64,000 nt of DNA. Source: Candidatus Kaiserbacteria bacterium. GTDB taxonomy: Bacteria > Patescibacteriota > Minisyncoccia > Phycocordibacterales > Phycocordibacteraceae. The translations under genes were made by a program, and so were the position numbers. A model generated the notes under the pieces. It was not told where the DNA came from and searched no databases. It saw nothing but the letters and a program-made list of their open reading frames with translations. Positions 9,933 through 18,643 of this stretch are shown in pieces. Where the stretch lies: assembly GCA_027451665.1 (NCBI GenBank), contig DAIDIW010000002.1:212254-276253 (forward strand), written 5' to 3'. Numbering within the stretch: position 1 is the first letter of the stretch; each line of letters opens with the position of its first letter.

Positions 9933-10541
9933 CTAGAACGTCATACCCGCGGGCGGCGTAAGGAGCGACGTGTCGATATTCCAGCTCGTACAGCTGAATG
10001 AAAGATTCGTGTTCGGATCAAGCGCGCCGTAACTTGCCATGACGCTTCCGTTGGCGCTCGTCGACGCCAGCAGCCTCAAGCCGCTCGTCGTGCTCGTGTA
10101 CCAGGCGTAGAGATAACTGCCGTCATCGAGCATCGAAGTAGCGACGGTACGGCCTCCAGGGACGCGAGCGATGTTTACCCGAGCTACGCCGTCAGCTACG
10201 AAGATATTCCCGGTCCGGCGTGCGCCATCGGCAAATCCGTCGAATGAACAGAAAAGGGGCTGCTTCTGGGTGCGCAAGTACGAAAGCGAATTAAAGCCCG
10301 TAAGCACGACTTTGGCCGTCATGGTCGGCGCTGGGGTTGACGCAGGCGCTGCCAGCCTCTTGGTCGTCACCTTCACGGCGGGCGTCGTGGGCGGTGTGCT
10401 GCTCGTAGCCATCGTCGTGGTTGCAGTCGCCGACGCCTGTCGTGTCGGCGATGACCAGTCCGTAGTGAAGTACCACGCACCAATAGCGAGCACGATGATG
10501 AGCACAGCCCATGCGAGTATCTGGTCTGTTTTCATATCCAT
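9933..10541 (-). CDS. Hypothetical exported protein with TM anchor and Thr/Pro-rich linker
   Basis: TM segment, T/P-rich linker, beta-rich domain with a Cys pair ending LLTPPAGMTF. Confidence 0.75.
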   Translation of the reverse strand: MDMKTDQILAWAVLIIVLAIGAWYFTTDWSSPTRQASATATTTMATSSTPPTTPAVKVTTKRLAAPASTPAPTMTAKVVLTGFNSLSYLRTQKQPLFCSFDGFADGARRTGNIFVADGVARVNIARVPGGRTVATSMLDDGSYLYAWYTSTTSGLRLLASTSANGSVMASYGALDPNTNLSFSCTSWNIDTSLLTPPAGMTF

Positions 10542-10646
10542 ACCTCGCATGCTAGCACTCCACCGGGCATTATGAAGAACTGCAGAGAGCGCTTCGGGGA
10601 TTGCGGGCGAATGGCTTACCGCAGGGCGTATGCGCCGCCATAGGAA

Positions 10647-10676
10647 AGGGGTCCGTCGCGTACGCGACGGACCCCT
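10647..10676. repeat. Perfect 30-bp palindrome
   Basis: aggggtccgtcgcgt|acgcgacggacccct. Confidence 0.95.
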
Positions 10677-10949
10677 CATTGCTGCCGGCATTCACTCATC
10701 GAGCAGCTCGCAACGGTCCTTCGGAAAGCAGAATTACTCCGAAGTCGTATATCTCAGCCCGCACCGGTCATCTCAATGTCACAAAGAGCGCAGTTGGGTT
10801 TCTGTGTGTGGACAGCCTGCATGGTAAATTTGATGAGGATGTCTGTGTGCCAATACTTAGCCTAATTGCTGAGATTTTGTACCGGCATCTTTGGAACTTG
10901 TCCGATTCCCTATGGGAATCATCGGAATAGCTGCATAAGGAGAGTGAAT

Positions 10950-11126
10950 ATGCCTACTAACGAGGGTCGTGCGCAAAAGAAAGGTCGCGATATCGGGTTC
11001 ACGTTCACGGAGGTCGGGACGATTACTTTTCCTAATGGGCAGACGGTGCCCAAGCTCGAAGGTCACCCGAACGATCCAGAAGCCCATCGCCGTCTCATGG
11101 AGCTAATCGAGAGTGAAGAAAACTAG
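10950..11126 (+). CDS. Small hypothetical protein (58 aa)
   Basis: AAGGAG SD before ATG 10950; terminator gcgcctgac-aca-gtcaggcgc-tttt downstream. Confidence 0.6.
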   Translation: MPTNEGRAQKKGRDIGFTFTEVGTITFPNGQTVPKLEGHPNDPEAHRRLMELIESEEN

Positions 11127-11200
11127 GACGCCGGCAAAAAGATCCCCACTCGCGCCTGACACAGTCAGGCGCTTTTGTTACGACACGAATGCATGGAGTA

Positions 11201-11245
11201 GCTAGGCAGCACTTTATGACGTGGTGTCATAAAGTGCTGCCTAGC
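11201..11245. repeat. Perfect 20-bp inverted repeat with 5-bp spacer
   Basis: gctaggcagcactttatgac-gtggt-gtcataaagtgctgcctagc. Confidence 0.95.
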
Positions 11246-11397
11246 CAAGTACCGTTCGCGGGCAGAAAATTCTTGCATGCCTGCACGTTCCTGCCGTTTG
11301 CTCGATACCGTCAATCGTCCGGTTTAGTCGTCTCGTCTGCCAGCACGGCCTGTGTAAGGCTCAGGCGATGATCGAGGCGCAGCAGCACGCGCGGCAG

Positions 11398-11597
11398 TCG
11401 GGAGACGCCTCCATGCCGTAGATCTCGCGCAGATGCTCGCAGATCTCCCGCGTGCTCATGCCCCGGCCGTACATCGAGATGATCTTCTCATCAAAGCCCG
11501 GAAACCGGCGCTGATATTTGGCGATCAGCTGGGGATCAAAACGCCCCTCCCGGTCCCGCGACACCGCGATGTCCACCTTGCCCGTACTGGTGGTCAC
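11398..11597 (-). pseudogene. Internal fragment of an IS256-family transposase
   Basis: TGKVDIAVSRDREGRFDPQLIAKYQRRFPGFDEKIISMYGRGMSTREI..HLREIYG matches the IS256 N-terminal region; no DDE domain or IS ends seen. Confidence 0.88.
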
Positions 11598-11675
11598 GGC
11601 TCAAGGGGTTGACTTGCAAAACTTTCCGCCACTGATAAATTTGTTCTTGGAACGTTCTGTGAACAGGAGGAGCCA

Positions 11676-11930
11676 TTGTCATCACAGCAGTCACTACTTG
11701 CATCACAAATGACCCTGACGATTCACCTAAATCCAACCAAGGAAGATCGTCGAGCTGTCACTTTGCTTCAAGAATTCAATGGGTCCGTAGCAATCATGCG
11801 CCTTGCGGCAGAGAAGAAGTTACTGTTACCTTCACTTGAAGTGAGGGGTGCACAATTCAGTGGTATCGAGCAAATTGAGCAATTCGTGGACAGCGCCCGG
11901 TCCGAAGGCGCGCCTGCTATTGCAATCTAA
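11676..11930 (+). CDS. Small hypothetical protein
   Basis: AGGAGG SD before TTG start; hairpin terminator at about 11943-11972. Confidence 0.6.
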   Translation: MSSQQSLLASQMTLTIHLNPTKEDRRAVTLLQEFNGSVAIMRLAAEKKLLLPSLEVRGAQFSGIEQIEQFVDSARSEGAPAIAI

Positions 11931-12020
11931 TCGTTCGCTCTAAGAGCGCCCCTTTCCGGGGCGCTGTCTTTATCTGCATCTGACCTTCGCCGAGAAGCGC
12001 TCCTCTGGAGGACGTGACAG

Positions 12021-12425
12021 ATGAGCGAGTTTCAATCGGGCGTCACCGCACAAGACAAATACAAAACACTCAAAGACGGCACAGTCGCCAAGTACATCTA
12101 CTACGGCTGTACACGATCGAAGGACATACACTGTAAAGGTGGGTACCTCGAAGAAAAAGTACTGCTCGCCCAGTTGTTAGAGATAATTGAAAAGCTGGAT
12201 CTTGATAAGACCGGCATGCGTCGTCAACTCGAGACTGAGATTGAGCGACATAAGGAGTTCAACGCAAGAATCCTTGGTCGTAAAGACGACTACCGAGCCA
12301 AGGATGTTGATATACGAAACTACGCAAAATATATTCTTGAGAATGGGACTGTCTTTGAAAAAAGAAGTCTCCTAGATTGTTTGAAGACTAAGATAATTCT
12401 GAAAAATAAAACTATTAGTACCTGA
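12021..12425 (+). pseudogene. C-terminal remnant of a large serine recombinase (zinc ribbon and coiled coil only)
   Basis: SGVTAQDKYKTLKDGTVAKYIYYGCTRSKDIHC parallels AAITAEEKMKKLAKGGVAHYTYYHCTKRKNPNC of the intact recombinase; first CxxC and catalytic domain missing. Confidence 0.85.
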
Positions 12426-12430
12426 TGGGA

Positions 12431-14203
12431 TTAGATGATAGACGACAAATTATCAAGGTTGACTCCACTAAGGGCAGATCCTGAGCCGCTTGGCGGTTCA
12501 GCTATTATGACTTTCTTGCCCTCTCCAAAACCAAGAGTGTAGGTGAATTTTCCTTCTTCGTAACTCATGCAATCTGGCAATAAAGTATCTTTCATTAGTT
12601 CTTCGTTCACCATTTTCTCGCCTGCATCGAGAAGTGGTTTTAGGTCAATGTAAAGCAATCTCCTCATTCTCTCTGCTTGTTCGCCGATCCATCCTTGTTT
12701 TTGGTTTCCGCCTGAAGCAAGATAAAACCCAATAAAGATCAGGTATGAACGCAACGCTGCGGGATAGTAACGTCTAATCACATTTGTGCCGATTTGTTCC
12801 CACATCCTTTTCTCGAATGGAGCACGATACCCTTCTTTTAACTGCGGGTCGTATATCATGCCGTGCAATAACTTTTGAACCGTGTGGTATGTATCATTGG
12901 ATTTCTTAATATAGGAAAGCTGATACATGCACTTGTATAAAGCAGCCGCAACACCTTCATTGATCGCTAAATCAGAATAGAAATTTGGCTCTTGGGCGGT
13001 TTTCTCTCGAGCGACGGTGTCGGTATTAAAGGTCTGATCGTTAGCAAGGTACAGATATCCATGCCCAAGGAAGTCTGCAATGATGCCCAAAGACCACCAC
13101 TCATCTTTTAGAGCATACTTTGTGTCTATTCCCCGCCTTTCTTCGATGTTTAGCTTTATACAGATATCAGCAAAAATATCGGCCAAATATTCAAAGCCAT
13201 TATTTATATGTCTTGGAGGAATTGCGCCTGTTTTCAAGTACGTTTCGATTGCTTCGGAAAGAGCCTTGATCAGCACTTCGATACCAGCGATACCAGTGTC
13301 CTTACGTTTAGCATGGCCAAGCGTTGGATAACCAAACAAATCAAAGTTAGTTAGCAGGATCGGAGATTTAAATACGGCCGTGTACACATTCGAAGAAAGA
13401 GCCAGCCCTTTATTGTCCAATTGTTTGTAGAAAAACGATTCATCATCATAGAAAAGACTGCTCATGAGCCTTGGAACTCCTATTCCTGATTGGCGCCGGC
13501 TTATACGATAATGCTCTATCGCGCCGAAAATATACAGGAGGCCGTCAAGGCGTTTTGTTGTTAGAAGGCGAACGATAGACTCATCACTTAAAACTACCTC
13601 GATGATTGAGATTGCATCTCCACTGAAGTCAGCCGATTTTGGATCGCGATTAACAGCGGCCTTGCAGACGGCGTCGAAATTTCTCAATAAAACCTCTAAA
13701 AGCGCGTTTAAACTCTCTTCGGTTGATCTAGAGATTTCTTGAACCATTACTTCATAGAATTTCCGAGATGTCTTTCTATTGAAAAGGCCTCGAGTCCTGC
13801 TTGCAAGGAACAACAAAGAAATGGGTGACGCGATGAAAAACAAATAAGCTAGGAGTTCATAGAAAAGAGTAAAATTCAGCGGGTAAGGCAAATACATCTC
13901 TGGGAATTGCGTGATGAGCACTCCAAGGAGAGTAAGAAAAAGTCCCATTCCTCCAAACACCCAAAACAGATTCCGTTCCCAGACGCTTCGAATTCTCAAA
14001 GCTATGTCCCACTTTGATCTTCTGAGCTGGTATACAGCAAAAATGAGACCGAAAGCAGCAAGGGCGGCTCCAAGATCAAGAGAGGATGGGAAGATGACTA
14101 TGTTGCCAGCACCACAAATAGGCTGAGAAGAGAAACTCAAGAGACAAGAGTGCAGGCCTGTACTGGATGCTTGTGTTAAGGTCGATATTTGAGTTTGGGA
14201 CAT
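12431..14203 (-). CDS. Hypothetical 590-aa protein with N-terminal TM helices
   Basis: Long AT-rich ORF, about 3 TM segments then a large soluble region; no motif recognised. Confidence 0.8.
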   Translation of the reverse strand: MSQTQISTLTQASSTGLHSCLLSFSSQPICGAGNIVIFPSSLDLGAALAAFGLIFAVYQLRRSKWDIALRIRSVWERNLFWVFGGMGLFLTLLGVLITQFPEMYLPYPLNFTLFYELLAYLFFIASPISLLFLASRTRGLFNRKTSRKFYEVMVQEISRSTEESLNALLEVLLRNFDAVCKAAVNRDPKSADFSGDAISIIEVVLSDESIVRLLTTKRLDGLLYIFGAIEHYRISRRQSGIGVPRLMSSLFYDDESFFYKQLDNKGLALSSNVYTAVFKSPILLTNFDLFGYPTLGHAKRKDTGIAGIEVLIKALSEAIETYLKTGAIPPRHINNGFEYLADIFADICIKLNIEERRGIDTKYALKDEWWSLGIIADFLGHGYLYLANDQTFNTDTVAREKTAQEPNFYSDLAINEGVAAALYKCMYQLSYIKKSNDTYHTVQKLLHGMIYDPQLKEGYRAPFEKRMWEQIGTNVIRRYYPAALRSYLIFIGFYLASGGNQKQGWIGEQAERMRRLLYIDLKPLLDAGEKMVNEELMKDTLLPDCMSYEEGKFTYTLGFGEGKKVIIAEPPSGSGSALSGVNLDNLSSII

Positions 14204-14398
14204 CGTACCTCTGAATGATAGACCTTCTCACCGAAGAAGGCCAAGAATCAAGTATTGATCCCTCTAGGGCGTTCGAGAAGAAAACTAGTGGGCTGCGGGG
14301 CTTGGACGATGTTAGAACTGTCCTTTTGACTGGTAAATCGCATTTCGCATATAAAATCACCATACCAGATTTGTTAGCGCGGGTGTAAACTGCGACGG

Positions 14399-14878
14399 AT
14401 GGACGACCTCTCCAACTACGAAAAGCTCCGCGCGGACGCGCAGCAGTTCTATAACGGCTTACGCCCCGTATTCTCGCCCGCGCTCAATGAGAATGTTCAC
14501 TTCACCGCCGAGGGCTTCAATCACATTATTTTCAAGGGGTCGCGTCGGGAGCGCGAGAAGCCCTCACAGATAATGCGCTTCAAAATGCTGGCGCGAGCGG
14601 CCAAGCTCATTGGCCTCTCCACCACATATCAGGAGTACGAGGAAACGCTACATGATTTTGAGGTCAAGAGCCACAAGAAACGCGTCCGCAAATCCAAACC
14701 CGTAAAGTATTGGGGTATCATCGCTATCATTGATGGACGCAAGATAAAGGTTATCGTGCGTAAAATCGGCGATAACGGGCAGCTTCACTTCTGGAGTGTA
14801 GTGCCCGCGTGGACGACAAACAAATACCGCGACGCCAAGTTCATCACCACGATGAAGGGCGACCCCGAGGAGGATTAG
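14399..14878 (+). CDS. Putative BECR/RelE-like fold nuclease
   Basis: VHFTAEGFNHII helix and C-terminal KIKVIVRKIG..GQLHFWSV strands resemble BECR-fold toxins; ORF is solid, function inferred. Confidence 0.55.
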   Translation: MDDLSNYEKLRADAQQFYNGLRPVFSPALNENVHFTAEGFNHIIFKGSRREREKPSQIMRFKMLARAAKLIGLSTTYQEYEETLHDFEVKSHKKRVRKSKPVKYWGIIAIIDGRKIKVIVRKIGDNGQLHFWSVVPAWTTNKYRDAKFITTMKGDPEED

Positions 14879-14884
14879 GCATAT

Positions 14885-14972
14885 CAAAAAACACCACACG
14901 GGGTGGTGCTCTTTGATATGCCTGCCTTCGGCTTATGTATTAGCCGAATAGGGCTGACGCCCCACAGGCACG
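14885..14972 (-). ncRNA. Candidate small structured RNA convergent on the nuclease gene
   Basis: Minus-strand promoter TTGCCG-16-TATACT with extended TG; two hairpins closed by a third stem; terminator with T6. Confidence 0.5.
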
Positions 14973-15087
14973 GAACTAGTATACCAGATTGGAGTGAAGC
15001 GGCAATGAGCTGGGGATTTCAAGCCTCGAGCCAAAAGCTTCAAGTTTACTCTTTCAGAAAGTCGTCCCCGAGAGGTATTATTTGCGA

Positions 15088-15618
15088 ATGGAAGCAACAT
15101 CGACGCTTGAACTCGCGAGCAGACTACTTGATTGGAAAGACTTGCTCTTGGCGGGATATTGGCTCGTTGGCGCTACTATTGTTGGCGTTTTGTTTCTCTG
15201 GTTCGTTTTTCGAAAACAGTGGCGCTTTTTCAAAAACATAAATAAACCCATCATCTTCATAAACCTGTCCGGTATAAGCGATGGGATGGACGTTGAAGCG
15301 AAGCTATTGCAGCGCAGTCGCTTCTTTTGTACACCGGAGGTTACGAGCGATTGTAGAAGCATCGACTTGGTCGAAAAGCAGAGCTTGGTCGTAATTGGTG
15401 TTAGCGATGCCACCGACGTGAAGCAGTTTGAGGCAATTTACCAAAAAATCGCTACACTCACGAAGCCGACTGTCATTTACACTCTAGGCGCACGTGGAAC
15501 CAGTTTCGTATCGAAAAGCGAGGCTCTCATAAAGGGATATTCTTTCCACACCATCGCCACGACGCCATTGCGTTTGGTAAGCGACATCTTCGCAATACTC
15601 TCTACATTCCCAGAATAA
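15088..15618 (+). CDS. Single-TM protein with C-terminal alpha/beta (receiver/TIR-like?) domain
   Basis: TM segment then alternating strand/helix pattern (IIFIN, LVVIG, TVIYT); converges on the nucleotidyltransferase. Confidence 0.65.
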   Translation: MEATSTLELASRLLDWKDLLLAGYWLVGATIVGVLFLWFVFRKQWRFFKNINKPIIFINLSGISDGMDVEAKLLQRSRFFCTPEVTSDCRSIDLVEKQSLVVIGVSDATDVKQFEAIYQKIATLTKPTVIYTLGARGTSFVSKSEALIKGYSFHTIATTPLRLVSDIFAILSTFPE

Positions 15619-15621
15619 GGG

Positions 15622-16398
15622 TCAGACGACCACTTGGTTCCAGTTGGTGCAACGAAGAGAAGCGGCAGCGGCATTTGCCACCAGACGCTTCTCGAGTGGG
15701 CTAAGCACGTCCGAAACAGCGTTGCTTCTATTCCCCGGGTCATATACTGTTGCAGTCTCGAAGTCGTCCCGCAAATATTCCAAGAAAGAAACAAATCGCT
15801 TCGAAATGGGTAAAAGAAGACCGAGTGGCATCGAGGCGTTCATGGCTGATAGCTCAAGGTAAAACGATGGAAAATCTAAATGGTGCTGGTCGCGCCAGAT
15901 TTTTGTGAGCTTCATTAAATCAGTCCGACCGGATTTCTTCACGGCCTCTATCTGCATACTCACGTTCGTCTTCACCCAAGTATTCTTTTTCCTCACGTAT
16001 ATCGAATGGTCGTTAGCGAGAAAAGCGCCACTTTGTAGCTTCCCGGGCACGAGGTCGACTTCTATAGCCCCGTAAGTGAGACCTATCGAAGAGTTTTGAA
16101 AGCGAGGTGAGTGACCGTTTGCCATCAAGAAGCTATGCAGGCTTTTATGGACATCGTTGAAGGTATAGGGAAGACCGGTTTTTAGGGAGATAAAAAGGTC
16201 TAAGTCAGCCGACCCTTTTATAGCAGTGCCCTTTGCATTAGAGCCAGAGAGTTGCACATAGTTTAGGTATGAGCCAGTCCATGCGCGTATGACCCTTTCG
16301 AGTTCGGACTGTGCATTACCCAAAGCAAACAGTCTCCGCAAATCAGTGGAAACCGAGTGACGCGTCAAGACGGAGTTTAGGTACGGGTCTGGGTTCAC
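15622..16398 (-). CDS. cGAS/DncV-like (CD-NTase/SMODS, OAS-like) nucleotidyltransferase
   Basis: SGSNAKGTAIKGSADLDLF, QNSSIG, EVDLVP, KLTKIWR, PSFYLEL, DPGNRSNAVS. Confidence 0.82.
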   Translation of the reverse strand: MNPDPYLNSVLTRHSVSTDLRRLFALGNAQSELERVIRAWTGSYLNYVQLSGSNAKGTAIKGSADLDLFISLKTGLPYTFNDVHKSLHSFLMANGHSPRFQNSSIGLTYGAIEVDLVPGKLQSGAFLANDHSIYVRKKNTWVKTNVSMQIEAVKKSGRTDLMKLTKIWRDQHHLDFPSFYLELSAMNASMPLGLLLPISKRFVSFLEYLRDDFETATVYDPGNRSNAVSDVLSPLEKRLVANAAAASLRCTNWNQVVV

Positions 16399-16431
16399 TA
16401 GGGTATTTTACCTCGTCGAGCACACAAAAGC

Positions 16432-17103
16432 CTAGAAGAACTTCAAAAACTCCTTGGTACGCTGTTCTTGTGGGTTTGAGATAAGCTTCTTGTCGCCGCG
16501 CTCAATGACCGCGCCGCCATCCATAAAGACGATATGGTCGCTGACGCGCTTGGCGAAGTTGATGAGGTGGCTGACTAGGAGTATGCCTACGCCCGAAGCT
16601 CGGAGTTTCTCAAGTAACGCCGCAACACGCTCTATCTGCTCAATATCCAAGGCCGAAGTAATCTCGTCAAGCAGAAGATATTTTGGTTTGAGCGCGATTG
16701 CTCGTGCGACTGCCGCACGCTGACGCTGACCAAGAGAGGTCTGATTAGGATAGCGGTCAATAAACGCTTCCATCCCGAGGGCTGCGACCAGCTCTGCAAT
16801 TTCGTCTTTAGTTGAGAGTTTTGCTAGAGTAATGTTCTGCCACAGCGTTAGATGAGGCCATAGGAATAGCTGCTGGAACACCATCGCCACGCGTGGCGAG
16901 GGGTGAGAGAGAACCTTGTCGTCCACCCGCACCTCTCCACTATCAGGAGCGTCCACCCCCGAAAGCACATTGAGCAGGGTGGTTTTGCCCGCGCCGCTCG
17001 GCCCGATAAGCGATACGATGCTGCTCGGCTCAATGGAAATATCTATGCTGTTCAAAATCAACCGTCCATCGCGCTTCTTTCCTATGTTGTGTGCGGTCAG
17101 CAT
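16432..17103 (-). CDS. Polar amino acid ABC transporter ATP-binding protein
   Basis: GPSGAGKT, SLGQRQR, LLLDEITSALD. Confidence 0.92.
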   Translation of the reverse strand: MLTAHNIGKKRDGRLILNSIDISIEPSSIVSLIGPSGAGKTTLLNVLSGVDAPDSGEVRVDDKVLSHPSPRVAMVFQQLFLWPHLTLWQNITLAKLSTKDEIAELVAALGMEAFIDRYPNQTSLGQRQRAAVARAIALKPKYLLLDEITSALDIEQIERVAALLEKLRASGVGILLVSHLINFAKRVSDHIVFMDGGAVIERGDKKLISNPQEQRTKEFLKFF

Positions 17104-17104
17104 A

Positions 17105-17767
17105 CTAGCGTTCGGAGAAATCACGAGTAAATCGCTCTCTCAAAACGTAGGCAAGATAGTAGAGCGGTGCAAGCACGAGCATAAAGAATATCGCGAGCGT
17201 AGTGTAAATCTCTACGGGTCGGTAGAGAACGGCATTGAGGTTCTGTGCTACGCGGAAAATCTCGGGAACCGAAATCAAGCTGGCGAACAGGGTAGCTTGC
17301 AAAATAAACAACTGCGTCGTGAGAACAGACGGGATGATTTGACGAAAAATCATCGGGAACTGGATGCGTCTGAAGATGTCGTTACTGGATAGCCCTGCCA
17401 TTTGTGCCGCGACGATGTACTGCTTCGGGAAGTCGGTGAGCACTCCTCTCACCAGTTCTGCGATAGCCGCGATGTTCACGATTGCGAGGGTGAGCACGGC
17501 CGTCAGGAACGGGCTAATCAAAATGCCGAGAAGCGACTGGAATGGATAGTAAAACCAGAACAGGAGAACGAGCAGCGGGATACCCGCCACAATGAACGAG
17601 GCCGTTTTGACCACCGCCCCTGCGGTTGGATTTCTCGCGCCCAGCACCCCAAACCCTGCGCCAAGGACAATACCGAGAACGGATACCGACAAGAACAGCT
17701 CAACGCTTACCAAGAGGCCTCCGAGAAGCGTTGGGTAGTAGTTCACCAGTATGCCGAGAACGGACAT
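17105..17767 (-). CDS. Polar amino acid ABC transporter permease
   Basis: GIPLLVLLF, AELVRG, EAA-like loop AAQMAGLS. Confidence 0.9.
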   Translation of the reverse strand: MSVLGILVNYYPTLLGGLLVSVELFLSVSVLGIVLGAGFGVLGARNPTAGAVVKTASFIVAGIPLLVLLFWFYYPFQSLLGILISPFLTAVLTLAIVNIAAIAELVRGVLTDFPKQYIVAAQMAGLSSNDIFRRIQFPMIFRQIIPSVLTTQLFILQATLFASLISVPEIFRVAQNLNAVLYRPVEIYTTLAIFFMLVLAPLYYLAYVLRERFTRDFSER

Positions 17768-17772
17768 TGTTG

Positions 17773-18630
17773 TTATTGCGCGTAGGGCGTTGCGGGCAGG
17801 AGATACGAATTAGATGAGGACTGATACTTGGCGACGATTTTTGCGACTGCGCCATCGTCTATGGCCTCTTGAAGCGCGACATTGAGCATCTGTTCCAAGC
17901 TACTTTCGCCAAGCGCAACCGCGTAGGCGTTTCCATAAAGGCGGAGTGGTGGAGTTTGGAGCTGACGCAGGGTGCCTGGGTTTGCTTGCAAGAACTCGGC
18001 GGCAGCATCGGGTTGTAAGAACGCAACATCGGCCTTGTTATCAATCACTTGGAGCGGGATTTGGTCAAAGGGCGCAGTCTGCGGCAGGCTGACCTGCTGC
18101 GCTTTTGGGTAATCCGATTGGGCGATTACTTGGCCGAGTTCACCGTCCTGTGTTGAGATTTTCACCGATGGGTCATTTATTGCCGCGAGATTGTTGTCAA
18201 AGCGATGGTCGCTTGTTCGCACATAGGCGTAGACGCCATTGTAGAACGCAGGGATGGTGAGATAGCCCGCCTTAGCGCGTGTGGAGTTAGCCCACAGACC
18301 GCCGCCAAACACATCGTAGCGACCTGCCGAAAGGTCGGTAAAAATCGTGCCGTATCCTGCCTCCTCAACCCACTGCACTTTCAAGCCGAGCTGTGCGGCA
18401 AGCGTGTTAGTGAGGTCATAGAAGATGCCCGAGAGCGCCCCTGTTTTCGGGTCTTGGATAACATACGGCGGATACGGGATGTAGCCAACGCGCATCGTGC
18501 CTGAGGAAATCACCTTGTTGAAGGCGGTATTTGAGGCAGTGGTTCCTTGCGAGCTATGGGTAAAGAGACCGACTACAATCGCAATAACGGCGAGGCCGAT
18601 AGCGATGTAGGAAAGGGTTTTATTTTCCAT
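17773..18630 (-). CDS. Amino acid ABC substrate-binding protein (family 3)
   Basis: GTMRVGYIPYPPY, G.LSGIFYDL, LSAGRYDV; N-terminal anchor. Confidence 0.9.
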   Translation of the reverse strand: MENKTLSYIAIGLAVIAIVVGLFTHSSQGTTASNTAFNKVISSGTMRVGYIPYPPYVIQDPKTGALSGIFYDLTNTLAAQLGLKVQWVEEAGYGTIFTDLSAGRYDVFGGGLWANSTRAKAGYLTIPAFYNGVYAYVRTSDHRFDNNLAAINDPSVKISTQDGELGQVIAQSDYPKAQQVSLPQTAPFDQIPLQVIDNKADVAFLQPDAAAEFLQANPGTLRQLQTPPLRLYGNAYAVALGESSLEQMLNVALQEAIDDGAVAKIVAKYQSSSNSYLLPATPYAQ

Positions 18631-18643
18631 ACAAAATATTGTA

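Noticed and set aside
10676-10822. Minus-strand frame with CxxC and CxxxxC interrupted by TGA; with the dprA TGA it could suggest stop-codon recoding
   Set aside because: Many clear genes end in TGA (serS, parB, infB, pth) and the tRNA-Trp is CCA; code 11 fits and the frame may be chance
11135-11155. tccccactcg partially resembles the tRNA-Gln 3' junction (possible attL)
   Set aside because: Short, gapped and in inverted orientation; not a credible direct repeat
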